Below, piece after piece: positions 9,968 through 17,298 of a DNA stretch of 64,000 nucleotides. The notes beneath the pieces are model-generated. The model had not been told where the DNA came from. It worked only from the letters and a program-made list of their open reading frames with translations, and made no database searches. The translations under genes and the position numbers were made by a program. The stretch lies in IMG/VR virus record IMGVR_UViG_3300001528_000378, positions 94,132-158,131 of that record. The stretch is one strand, 5' to 3'. The stretch's first letter is position 1, and every line of letters begins with the position of its first letter. Origin of the DNA: a virus. Taxonomy: Duplodnaviria; Caudoviricetes.

Positions 9968-10312
9968 CTATTCCTCTACATCGCTGCATATCTCACTGTG
10001 CGTTAATTTCATATTATACTTTGCCAAAATTAAATTATAAAAATATATTGGAAAAGTATACTTGTTATTAAAAACACTATTATTCAGTTCATTAACCGGA
10101 ATTTCATTCTGAAACTTTTTCAATTCACCCAAAAAATCTTTAGAATAACATGTTTCTAATAAACAATCTATATACTCGCATACGTCACCTTTTATATCTT
10201 TCTCTTCCATTTTCGTTTTGTCATATTTCCATTCTTTAATAAGAAATTGACAGCCATAATAAGTAGTATTAGTTGAATATAACCTAAACGCAAACATAAT
10301 AAATTTCCTCAC
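9968..10312 (-). CDS. Hypothetical protein
   Basis: 114-aa ORF on the coding strand. Confidence 0.5.
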   Translation of the reverse strand: MRKFIMFAFRLYSTNTTYYGCQFLIKEWKYDKTKMEEKDIKGDVCEYIDCLLETCYSKDFLGELKKFQNEIPVNELNNSVFNNKYTFPIYFYNLILAKYNMKLTHSEICSDVEE

Positions 10313-10322
10313 TTTATTTTTT

Positions 10323-10482
10323 ATTTCAATATGCCAATTAGTTACTCGTGGTTTCCACTGCAGTGTTTGTTCACTAATCGCTCTTTGCTTGTTGTACTTA
10401 ACATGTAATTAGTCTGTAGCACTCTATATGTACCTAGCACGTTTCTGACATATAGCAATCAACTTTCGTTGAATATTGAAAC
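10323..10482 (-). ncRNA. Unassigned ~160-nt structured RNA downstream of tRNA-Ala
   Basis: Closing stem TTTCAATAT/ATATTGAAA; TCAAC-GAAA-GTTGA; CTATATGT/ACATATAG; GTGG-AAA-CCAC. Confidence 0.55.
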
Positions 10483-10492
10483 AAAATCTATA

Positions 10493-10565
10493 TGGAGCTG
10501 ATCGGGTTCGAACCGACGACCCCCTGCTTGCAAAGCAGGTGCTCTCCCAACTGAGCTACAGCCCC
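10493..10565 (-). tRNA. tRNA-Ala(TGC)
   Basis: Canonical GGGGCTGTAGCTCAGTTGGGAGAGCACCTGCTTTGCAAGCAGG...; G3:U70. Confidence 0.95.
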
Positions 10566-10574
10566 TAAAATCCG

Positions 10575-10661
10575 TGCCCACCCTTGGACTTGAACCAAGA
10601 CAAGCGTCCTACGTACTAATTACATCATCGGACTTGTGCGTGCTACTTACACCAAGCGGGC
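10575..10661 (-). ncRNA. tRNA-like RNA copy 2; anticodon arm replaced by a kink-turn-like hairpin
   Basis: Acceptor GCCCGCT/GGTGGGC-A, D-arm GTGT..GCAC, T-arm CTTGG-TTCAAGT-CCAAG, central GTCC-GAT-GA-TGTA-ATTAG-TACG-TA-GGAC. Confidence 0.8.
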
Positions 10662-10666
10662 AAAAT

Positions 10667-11312
10667 CCACTGGAAAGTTAAACCCTTATACTCTCATAGC
10701 CCTATAAAAGGGCATCATATTTTAGCGATACTGGTCGCAAGGGAATTTAGATCACAGTGGTGTTCCCAGAAGCAATTTATCTAAGAACAAAGACACACCA
10801 ACTGTGGTATGTGTGTGCCCCAACCAATAGTTCTTTACACTAGTTTTATAAGTACCACTCTTTCCTTCTAATGTCCACGGACTATTACGTGAGTCATTCA
10901 GACCATAAGCTATCCTTTCGCGGTAGCAGCTAGATCGGTTTCTAAGGCACCTAATCCGGCCCAGGTTGAGTTTTTAGTGTGGCTCAGCCTCATGTACATG
11001 GTTCGGCCTAAAAAGGACCATTCGGTGCATTTTAGGCCCAGGAATGTGTATGGTATTACACACCCTAACTGTGCATCTTCTACGGGGTTTAACCGCAATT
11101 TCGGTAGCGGTCCTATGGTTCGCCAAGCTCACAGGGGAGCATGGGTTTCCTTGCGGTTCAAGGCATAGGATGCGATTGTTCCTGGAAGAACAGGATTTCG
11201 TCACCAACGTTTATTTTCCCCTACACAGTTTACTACACTAGGAGGTAGTTTTAGGTCATAACTCCACGGACCCCAGCTTCTCTGCTGGAACTGCAAAGCG
11301 CACTTCGCAGTA
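10667..11312 (-). ncRNA. Large (~650 nt) highly structured ncRNA candidate, between tRNA-Thr and tRNA-like copy 2
   Basis: GC clearly above background, no credible ORF with an RBS, more than 15 hairpins and long-range stems visible by eye. Confidence 0.7.
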
Positions 11313-11323
11313 TATTTACTAAA

Positions 11324-11397
11324 TGGAGCCGGAGAAGGGAATCAAACCCTTGTTTGATGCTTACAAGGCAACTATTCTATCATTGAATTACTCCGGC
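11324..11397 (-). tRNA. tRNA-Thr(TGT)
   Basis: GCCGGAG/CTCCGGC-TCCA; loop CT-TGT-AA. Confidence 0.88.
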
Positions 11398-11408
11398 CTT
11401 ATATTTAT

Positions 11409-11437
11409 ACTATACTAAATTATTTTACTTTTGTCAA
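11409..11437 (-). promoter_or_regulatory. sigma70 promoter for the tRNA-Thr/large ncRNA operon
   Basis: TTGACA-17-TATAGT; spacer contains AGTAAAATAATTTAG, shared with 12122-12150 and 13862-13890. Confidence 0.75.
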
Positions 11438-11791
11438 GCTTTCACCTTTGTAATCATTATAATTACAATAGGGTTCAAACTTTACTGGTGGTACATTAGT
11501 AGGCCACACAAAAGGTTGAGTAGGAACACTTGGTATAATAGGATTAGTTACTTCTTTGATAGTTACTGGAAATTCCCCATGAAGTAAAACATTCTCCAAT
11601 CCTTTCTTTAACCAATTAGTTTTTATATTCTCATAGGCATCTAAAACCAAATCCACTTCTGTAATAGATTTTAAGTTTGTTTGTGTTAAAAGTTGCTTAA
11701 CTAGAATACTATCTAACTTACTAAGGTTAGCATTAGGATGTAGCGAACTAAAGTTTTCAACAATAGTTTTAATATCGTTAATTGTCAACAT
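11420..11791 (-). CDS. Hypothetical protein with Pro-rich C-terminus
   Basis: AAGGAG SD. Confidence 0.6.
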   Translation of the reverse strand: MLTINDIKTIVENFSSLHPNANLSKLDSILVKQLLTQTNLKSITEVDLVLDAYENIKTNWLKKGLENVLLHGEFPVTIKEVTNPIIPSVPTQPFVWPTNVPPVKFEPYCNYNDYKGESLTKVK

Positions 11792-11811
11792 ATATTCTCC
11801 TTAAAAGTATT

Positions 11812-11844
11812 AACAGTTGTTCTAATCGATTGAGCTATAAGCGC
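11812..11844 (-). pseudogene. tRNA 5'-half remnant (Arg-like)
   Basis: GCGCTTA-TA-GCTC-AATCGATTA-GAAC-AACTG. Confidence 0.4.
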
Positions 11845-12094
11845 GAAATCTTCTTGTGTGGTTTACTTATAATACATCAGGAACAACATCCCTCCGTAAA
11901 TATAAATATAAATAAACAGATATAGATTTTTACATCAACCGGCTGGTGTCTGCTCCCAACTCATAATACATACCTTATGTTGTATAGGTATTCCCAGACA
12001 GGGTAGGGCATAAGGTGTACCAGGTATCTGTACTATACCAAGTGGCAGTTGGCCTATACACGTCTTACTCACTTATTCATTTAAGCACACAAAA

Positions 12095-12150
12095 CTTTCA
12101 AATATCAATTTACTTCTTATATATATACTAAATTATTTTACTTTTGTAAA
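12095..12150 (-). promoter_or_regulatory. Promoter followed by boxA-like TGATATTTGAAAG
   Basis: TTTACA-17-TATATA, then the boxA-like word at 12095-12107. Confidence 0.55.
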
Positions 12151-12157
12151 GTATAAA

Positions 12158-12265
12158 TCCTGCCAGATTTCACACCACTCTCCGGCTAAGCGTAGGGCCT
12201 ATTTAGGTACCTTTTGCCATATCTATAATGTCGCGCTAGGCTTTACCCTATCGTGCGAGAGTGTT
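12158..12265 (-). ncRNA. Unassigned ~110-nt structured RNA
   Basis: CACTCTC/GAGAGTG closing stem; TAGGG/CCCTA, GCCTA/TAGGC, GCCGGA/TCTGGC. Confidence 0.45.
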
Positions 12266-12290
12266 ATATTGACTAACATAACAAATTTAT

Positions 12291-12320
12291 TGCGCCCACA
12301 AGGACTTGAACCTACCGTAA
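12291..12320 (-). pseudogene. tRNA 3'-half remnant (Arg-like) right after the endonuclease stop codon
   Basis: TTACGG-TAGG-TTCAAGT-CCTTG-TGGGCGC-A. Confidence 0.55.
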
Positions 12321-12323
12321 TAT

Positions 12324-13112
12324 TTATTTTGATAATGCTAAATAATTTTTACAATCTTCATCTTTTATTATACTATTTATTCCTAATTTTTTCATTACTC
12401 TACTATCAACTATATTTATTTTTTTATCTTTTGGAAATTGCGTCCACTTAAAATAATCTTTTATTGTTTTATATCCTTTAACTTCAACATATTCATTTAA
12501 TTCTGGCAAATAAAAATCTGGAAAATATTTATGTGTTTTATTTAAATAAAAATAATCAAAACCAATTTTATTTCTTAAAAAATTTATATTATTTTTGTCA
12601 CACCATATAGCAAATTTTAATTCATAAGTTCCTTGTAGTTTTATATTTTTATATATATAAGTTTTTACGTATCCGCGTTTATAAGTTCCAATATATTTAT
12701 CGGGATTATTGCTTATATATTTTTTTATACCTATTGATATTTTTTGTTTCCATAACTCTTTATTTTTAGCAATAGATTTTTTATGTTTTCCCAAACTATG
12801 ATTTTGTTTATATGTTTTACTTTGTTTTAAAATTCTTTTATCTATTTCTTTTGTTAAACCTTTATTCCAAGCAACTCTTGTACCATTTTTATAGCCAGCA
12901 ATACATTTATTACAAAATTCTGCACCTTCTTTAGTATGCTTTCTCCAAATATGTGTAGCAATCCCCATTTTAGAATATTCTTTATTACATATTGGGCAAA
13001 TATATTTATTATTTTTAATAATACATTTAGATATAATTTCTAATATTACTTTATTACGTTGTTTTTGTTTGCCACAATACTTACAAATATACTTATTATC
13101 TTCAAGCATCAT
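12324..13112 (-). CDS. Homing endonuclease: C2H2 zinc finger, NUMOD3-like segment, PD-(D/E)XK nuclease
   Basis: CPICNKEY..H..H; AWNKGLTKE; YFPDFYLP...YVEVKG. Confidence 0.8.
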   Translation of the reverse strand: MMLEDNKYICKYCGKQKQRNKVILEIISKCIIKNNKYICPICNKEYSKMGIATHIWRKHTKEGAEFCNKCIAGYKNGTRVAWNKGLTKEIDKRILKQSKTYKQNHSLGKHKKSIAKNKELWKQKISIGIKKYISNNPDKYIGTYKRGYVKTYIYKNIKLQGTYELKFAIWCDKNNINFLRNKIGFDYFYLNKTHKYFPDFYLPELNEYVEVKGYKTIKDYFKWTQFPKDKKINIVDSRVMKKLGINSIIKDEDCKNYLALSK

Positions 13113-13160
13113 TTAATACCTAGTTTAAATTTAAACAGAGCTATTAACCAAAACTATAAG

Positions 13161-13256
13161 TGGCAGGTACTGGACTCGAACCAGTAACACGGTCTTATCT
13201 GGGCCGCGCTTTACGGGGTTATAAATCCCGCCCTTTAACCATTAAGCTAACCTGCC
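13161..13256 (-). tRNA. tRNA-Ile(TAT) with extra-long variable arm
   Basis: GGCAGGT/ACCTGCC-A; CGGGA-TT-TAT-AA-CCCCG; ~28-nt variable region with GCGCGG..CCGTGT stem. Confidence 0.8.
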
Positions 13257-13264
13257 ATTAAATC

Positions 13265-13450
13265 TATATGAGATAGTTTTATATCTTGTCTCCAAGGATA
13301 TTTTTACTACTTATCTCTAGAATCCCTACTCGCATAAGGGTTCCGTTACAACGACTAACTTAGTTAGGCATGCGATTGATAGCTTTTTATTCTTAACTCT
13401 TTCGCTATTAAACGGGTTAGCCACCTACATTCCCACATCGCGCTTAGAAT
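13265..13450 (-). ncRNA. Unassigned ~185-nt structured RNA
   Basis: GCGAT/ATCGC, ATAGC/GCTAT, crossing CCGTT/AACGG, CTAAC-TAA-GTTAG, CCCTTA/TAGGG, GAGATA/TATCTC. Confidence 0.5.
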
Positions 13451-13540
13451 TTCAATCTTTATAATCATTATTCAGCTTATAATTTTGATTGTCTAAGAGT
13501 CCGCGATAGAGTGAACTATTTAACGAACTATTTAAATCTT

Positions 13541-13613
13541 TAGCAGGGGCTGGAGTTGAACCAGCTATCTCTTGGTTATGGGCCAAGCGAGTTAACCGTT
13601 TCTCTACCCTGCA
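13541..13613 (-). tRNA. tRNA-Met(CAT), initiator type
   Basis: 1:72 mismatch; CTTGG-CC-CAT-AA-CCAAG. Confidence 0.85.
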
Positions 13614-13623
13614 ATAAAAAGAT

Positions 13624-13818
13624 TGTGCTGGAGTGTGATTTGCACACACTAAACGTGCTTTATTTTCTCTTCCGCTGTAAATAACCACAGAACTCGAATG
13701 GGAGTCGCACTTCCCACGTCAATAAATAATTATCGGGTAGAAATTCCTTTCGGTGACTTGTCGGCACTATGTTGGCCTATCTATCTGGCTCTAGCTACTT
13801 TTAGCTTACTCAGCACAC
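13624..13818 (-). ncRNA. tRNA-like RNA (~195 nt) with a large structured insert in place of the anticodon arm
   Basis: Terminal stem GTGCTG/CAGCAC-A; T-arm GTGTG-TGCAAAT-CACAC; internal CC-GAAA-GG and TGGGA/TCCCA hairpins. Confidence 0.6.
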
Positions 13819-13830
13819 GAATTATTTAAA

Positions 13831-13890
13831 GTTTCAAATAACAATTATTTCTTATATTTATAATATACTAAATTATTTTACTATTGTCAA
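13831..13890 (-). promoter_or_regulatory. sigma70 promoter plus boxA-like TGTTATTTGAAAC heading the tRNA/ncRNA operon
   Basis: TTGACA-17-TATATT at 13862-13890; boxA-like word at 13831-13843. Confidence 0.65.
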
Positions 13891-13973
13891 GTTATATTTT
13901 TATTTTTTTACTATTACTTAACAAATATATTATAGCATATTATTCTAAGTTTGTCAAGTGGGTAATTTTATAC

Positions 13974-14360
13974 TTAATCATTCCATGGACCAATGATATC
14001 CTGCCCACTAACCTCTTTTCGATATCTTGAACCAAACTCATTTACTGTGTAGGTGGAATCCTCACCCTCAGCAGCTACTAAAAATGGAAAACTACCTCTA
14101 GCCTTTTTGATAATCCAAGCCTTTCCGCCATCCCTCGTCTTGTAAAACTTACCTACTTCTAAGTTTAAGGGTTCAGGCTCAGCAATATAAGGATTATCCT
14201 CAGAATACACCACAGCATTTACAGCCCAACTTTTATCAGCCTTGTTAATAGCAATGAGCATTTTCCCAACTAATCTATATTCAACTTCGTCTGTTTCAAC
14301 TCTTTTACCAGTTTGTATAGCCTTGGCGATCTCTTCAGGCGTTTTTAAGTATTTTTTCAT
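13974..14360 (-). CDS. Hypothetical protein (LEVGKFYKTRDG C-terminal domain); probable start at MKKYLK
   Basis: GGAGG SD before the ATG at 14360; the longer track ORF overlaps the methyltransferase C-terminus. Confidence 0.6.
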   Translation of the reverse strand: MKKYLKTPEEIAKAIQTGKRVETDEVEYRLVGKMLIAINKADKSWAVNAVVYSEDNPYIAEPEPLNLEVGKFYKTRDGGKAWIIKKARGSFPFLVAAEGEDSTYTVNEFGSRYRKEVSGQDIIGPWND

Positions 14361-14553
14361 TCTTGTTTCCTCCATAGTACAGGTACAATCTTTTAAGTTA
14401 GTTTTAGAGTGTATACCTTGATATAGTGTATACAATGCAAATCCAGATACTAAAAGCAACACTGCTAATACAACACTAATACAAACTTCTATTACTTTAT
14501 CCCTTTTTAATACCCTTATTAAGGTATATCTACTTAATGTATACCTTATTATA

Positions 14554-15317
14554 TCATAATCCTTTCTTTTTGTCAACCACTTCTTTAATTCTATTAGAAG
14601 CAATATCAAAGTATTGTTTATCTAACTCAATACCGATAAAGTTTCTATTTGTGTTTACACAAGCAATACCAGTGGTACCACTACCCATACAGTTATCCAA
14701 TACAGTATCATTCTCATTGGTGTATGTCTTGATTAAGTATGATAAGCACTCTATACTTTTTCTGTTCTATGCTTGGCAATACTTGGGTGCGGTTTACTAA
14801 ATTTTAAAATACTTGTTGGATATTTATCTGTGCTACCTTTTCTAGAATCATCCATTATATTAAAATGGCCATAATTCTGATTTTTGGGTTGTTTATCCTT
14901 ATATCCACTACCCTTACTATGTAATGGTTCACCTACACTAAACTGAGGATTATAGGTAGGTAATTTCTTATAAAAAATAGCAATTTGTTCATGCTGTCTT
15001 AGTGGCATCCGTTTTGCATTTAAGAACCCAGATGTTAAAACTTTATCCCAAATTAAATCATACCTAAATAATTTTCTATTAGAGTTTACTAGGTCTACAT
15101 AAAATAAACCTTGTGAAAATAGTGCAATACAACCATTATCTTTTATTATCCTGTCATACTGACCCCACAGTTTATCAAAAGGTATAACTATGTCTAATTT
15201 ATTATTAGTGAGACCATAGGGTAAATCACATAAGATCATATCTATAGATTTATTTGGTATTTTATTCATTATATCTAAGCAGTCACCATTATATAATTCA
15301 ACTTTACTCATAATCAA
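14554..15317 (-). CDS. Beta-class DNA (N4-C/N6-A) methyltransferase, frameshifted near 14757
   Basis: DLPY catalytic motif; after HRTEK the -1 frame gives SIECLSYLIKTYTNENDTVLDNCMGSGTTGIAC...GIELD (SAM-binding motif). Confidence 0.85.
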
Positions 15318-15837
15318 AATCCCCCATTACAATTTGTTTATCTAGCAAGTTATAGCAGTAATAACTAGATGAAAATGTGGTCTTCTTATTTATGGTTCCG
15401 TCTGGTTGTATAAAATGCACCCTTTTTTCGAACATAAATAATTGTAAATCCTTATTCTTAAATAATTGTTTTGGTGCACTATCATTAAGCCAAGTATTTG
15501 ACATCAACAATGCAAATGGTTTGTTAAATGATAAAGCACGCTCAAATATTTTTCTTTTCCCTGTAAACGGTGGATTTGAAATTATAATATCAAATTCTGG
15601 TTCATATTTATAAAAATCGTATCCGTCGTCTATATGAGAAGAAATAACTTTATATCCAATATTTTCTAAGTATTGTACAAAATTACTTTCTGACTTGTCA
15701 AATGGGCACCATATAATCTGGTCTTTATTAATCAAATTATTTTGTTTTAAGTAATCAATTAGTGGTTTGACAGCATACATCGGTGTGTAAAACTCGTCAT
15801 TTTTACCTTGGCTGTATAAAATATCTTTGCTGTTCAT
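15304..15837 (-). CDS. Small phage N6-adenine methyltransferase
   Basis: DEFYTP, WCPFD, SNPPF. Confidence 0.8.
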   Translation of the reverse strand: MNSKDILYSQGKNDEFYTPMYAVKPLIDYLKQNNLINKDQIIWCPFDKSESNFVQYLENIGYKVISSHIDDGYDFYKYEPEFDIIISNPPFTGKRKIFERALSFNKPFALLMSNTWLNDSAPKQLFKNKDLQLFMFEKRVHFIQPDGTINKKTTFSSSYYCYNLLDKQIVMGDFDYE

Positions 15838-16622
15838 TCTATTCCCTCAATATTATCTTTAAGATATTTGTATAATCGCATTACAGATATTCTCTTCATT
15901 GAAATAGACTTCGTATAACTTCGTATTTTATCAAAAGATAGTAGGTCTAACATTAAGGGTAAAAACGATTTCTTATGACAATAAAAGTATACCTCTTGTG
16001 CATATTGACCTACATAGTCAGATCTTTTACCTAGGCTACCATTTCCCCAATTACACATAGCATAATCATAACCAGGCTGTATTACATACCCGCCACCTCT
16101 CCTAAATTCTTTTATAGTTATATCCTTTAGTGTGTAATCTGGCCTATCATTTAATCCATGTTTTGGTCGTTTATAAATATTAAAGCAACAGTGCAAATCT
16201 TTATCAGAGTATGTTCTAATACCCAAATCTTCTGAATATACCAAATCAAATTGATACATTTGTAAATTATTATTTAGTTGAGAAATGGGTTGTATAAAAG
16301 CAATATAATCACCCAATTCAACGCACTTTCTGTAAAACTTAACAGATAATGAATTATTATTTCCAAAAGGTGGATTTCCAATAAATAATCTTCCACTCTT
16401 ATAGGGAATGTTCAAGGATAAAAAATCTTGCTTCATAATACTATCATGCTGTGGTTCTATATCATATGCCGTGCATTTGACTTGTGTGCTAAATGCTCCA
16501 TTACCAGCGGAAGGTTCAATAATATCAGTTATATTATTGGTTCCAATTATTTCAATAGTTTTATTGATTAAATACTTGGCTAAATCTTTTGGCGTATAAT
16601 ATTTATCATTCTTTATTTTCAT
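15834..16622 (-). CDS. N6-adenine DNA methyltransferase
   Basis: DKYYTP, IEPSAGNG, GNPPFG. Confidence 0.85.
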   Translation of the reverse strand: MKIKNDKYYTPKDLAKYLINKTIEIIGTNNITDIIEPSAGNGAFSTQVKCTAYDIEPQHDSIMKQDFLSLNIPYKSGRLFIGNPPFGNNNSLSVKFYRKCVELGDYIAFIQPISQLNNNLQMYQFDLVYSEDLGIRTYSDKDLHCCFNIYKRPKHGLNDRPDYTLKDITIKEFRRGGGYVIQPGYDYAMCNWGNGSLGKRSDYVGQYAQEVYFYCHKKSFLPLMLDLLSFDKIRSYTKSISMKRISVMRLYKYLKDNIEGIE

Positions 16623-16632
16623 TTCATATCCT

Positions 16633-17193
16633 TTACATATAGGGTTCTTGCACCAAATCTAATTTCTCGAAAATTAATTTTTCTGGTAATAAATTGTGAC
16701 AAAAATACCCACTTGCAAAGTGATTTCCTGTCTTAATCACACTTAATTCACCACACATATAAAAGCAAATCCTACTATCAAAACCCAGATATTCCAACCC
16801 ATATTTCATAAATAGAGCTGTTCTATACTTAGACTGCAAAGAATTTTGTGGTAATAATATTGCAAATGGTTTACCTAATTCGTATAATCTGTTTAAAACT
16901 TTATCTTTCAAACTAAAAGGTGGATTCGAAATAATTATATCAATATCTTTGATTTCTTCCTTTGTGTAAGAAAAGAAGTCTTTTGTTTCTTTATGTGAAT
17001 AAATAACATTGAATCCTTCTCTTTTAAGGACACGTACATATTGAGAATGTTCCTTGTCAAAAGGACATAGAATATTCTTATATCCTTTTGCTTTAACATA
17101 CTTAATAATTGGTTCTACTGCATATCTCGGCGTTAATACCTCATCACTAGCAGCATCCGTTCCACAAGTTAAATAACCTATATTTAATCCCAT
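16633..17193 (-). CDS. Small phage N6-adenine methyltransferase (paralog of 15304)
   Basis: DEVLTP, LCPFD, SNPPF. Confidence 0.8.
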   Translation of the reverse strand: MGLNIGYLTCGTDAASDEVLTPRYAVEPIIKYVKAKGYKNILCPFDKEHSQYVRVLKREGFNVIYSHKETKDFFSYTKEEIKDIDIIISNPPFSLKDKVLNRLYELGKPFAILLPQNSLQSKYRTALFMKYGLEYLGFDSRICFYMCGELSVIKTGNHFASGYFCHNLLPEKLIFEKLDLVQEPYM

Positions 17194-17298
17194 TTAATCT
17201 CTCCTGTATTTATAAATAGTATACCATAAAATAAAAATCCTGTCAAGTGTTGTTTTGACAGGATTAATTTTAGCCTTATGCAAATAATTCGGACGAGA

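Noticed and set aside
7520-10640. Hammerhead ribozyme or bulge-helix-bulge intron in the tRNA-like RNAs
   Set aside because: The core is CCGATGA...TAG rather than CTGANGA...GAAA. BHB-style removal would give a CCG loop but leave too few bases for an anticodon stem plus variable loop.
7257-13688. ORFs 7257-7592, 9233-9481, 10910-11241 and 13452-13688
   Set aside because: They overlap tRNA or ncRNA elements and lack RBSs; treated as shadow frames.
10667-13818. tmRNA or RNase P RNA
   Set aside because: No G3:U70 tRNA-like domain with a tag ORF and no GAGGAAAGTCC motif found by eye.
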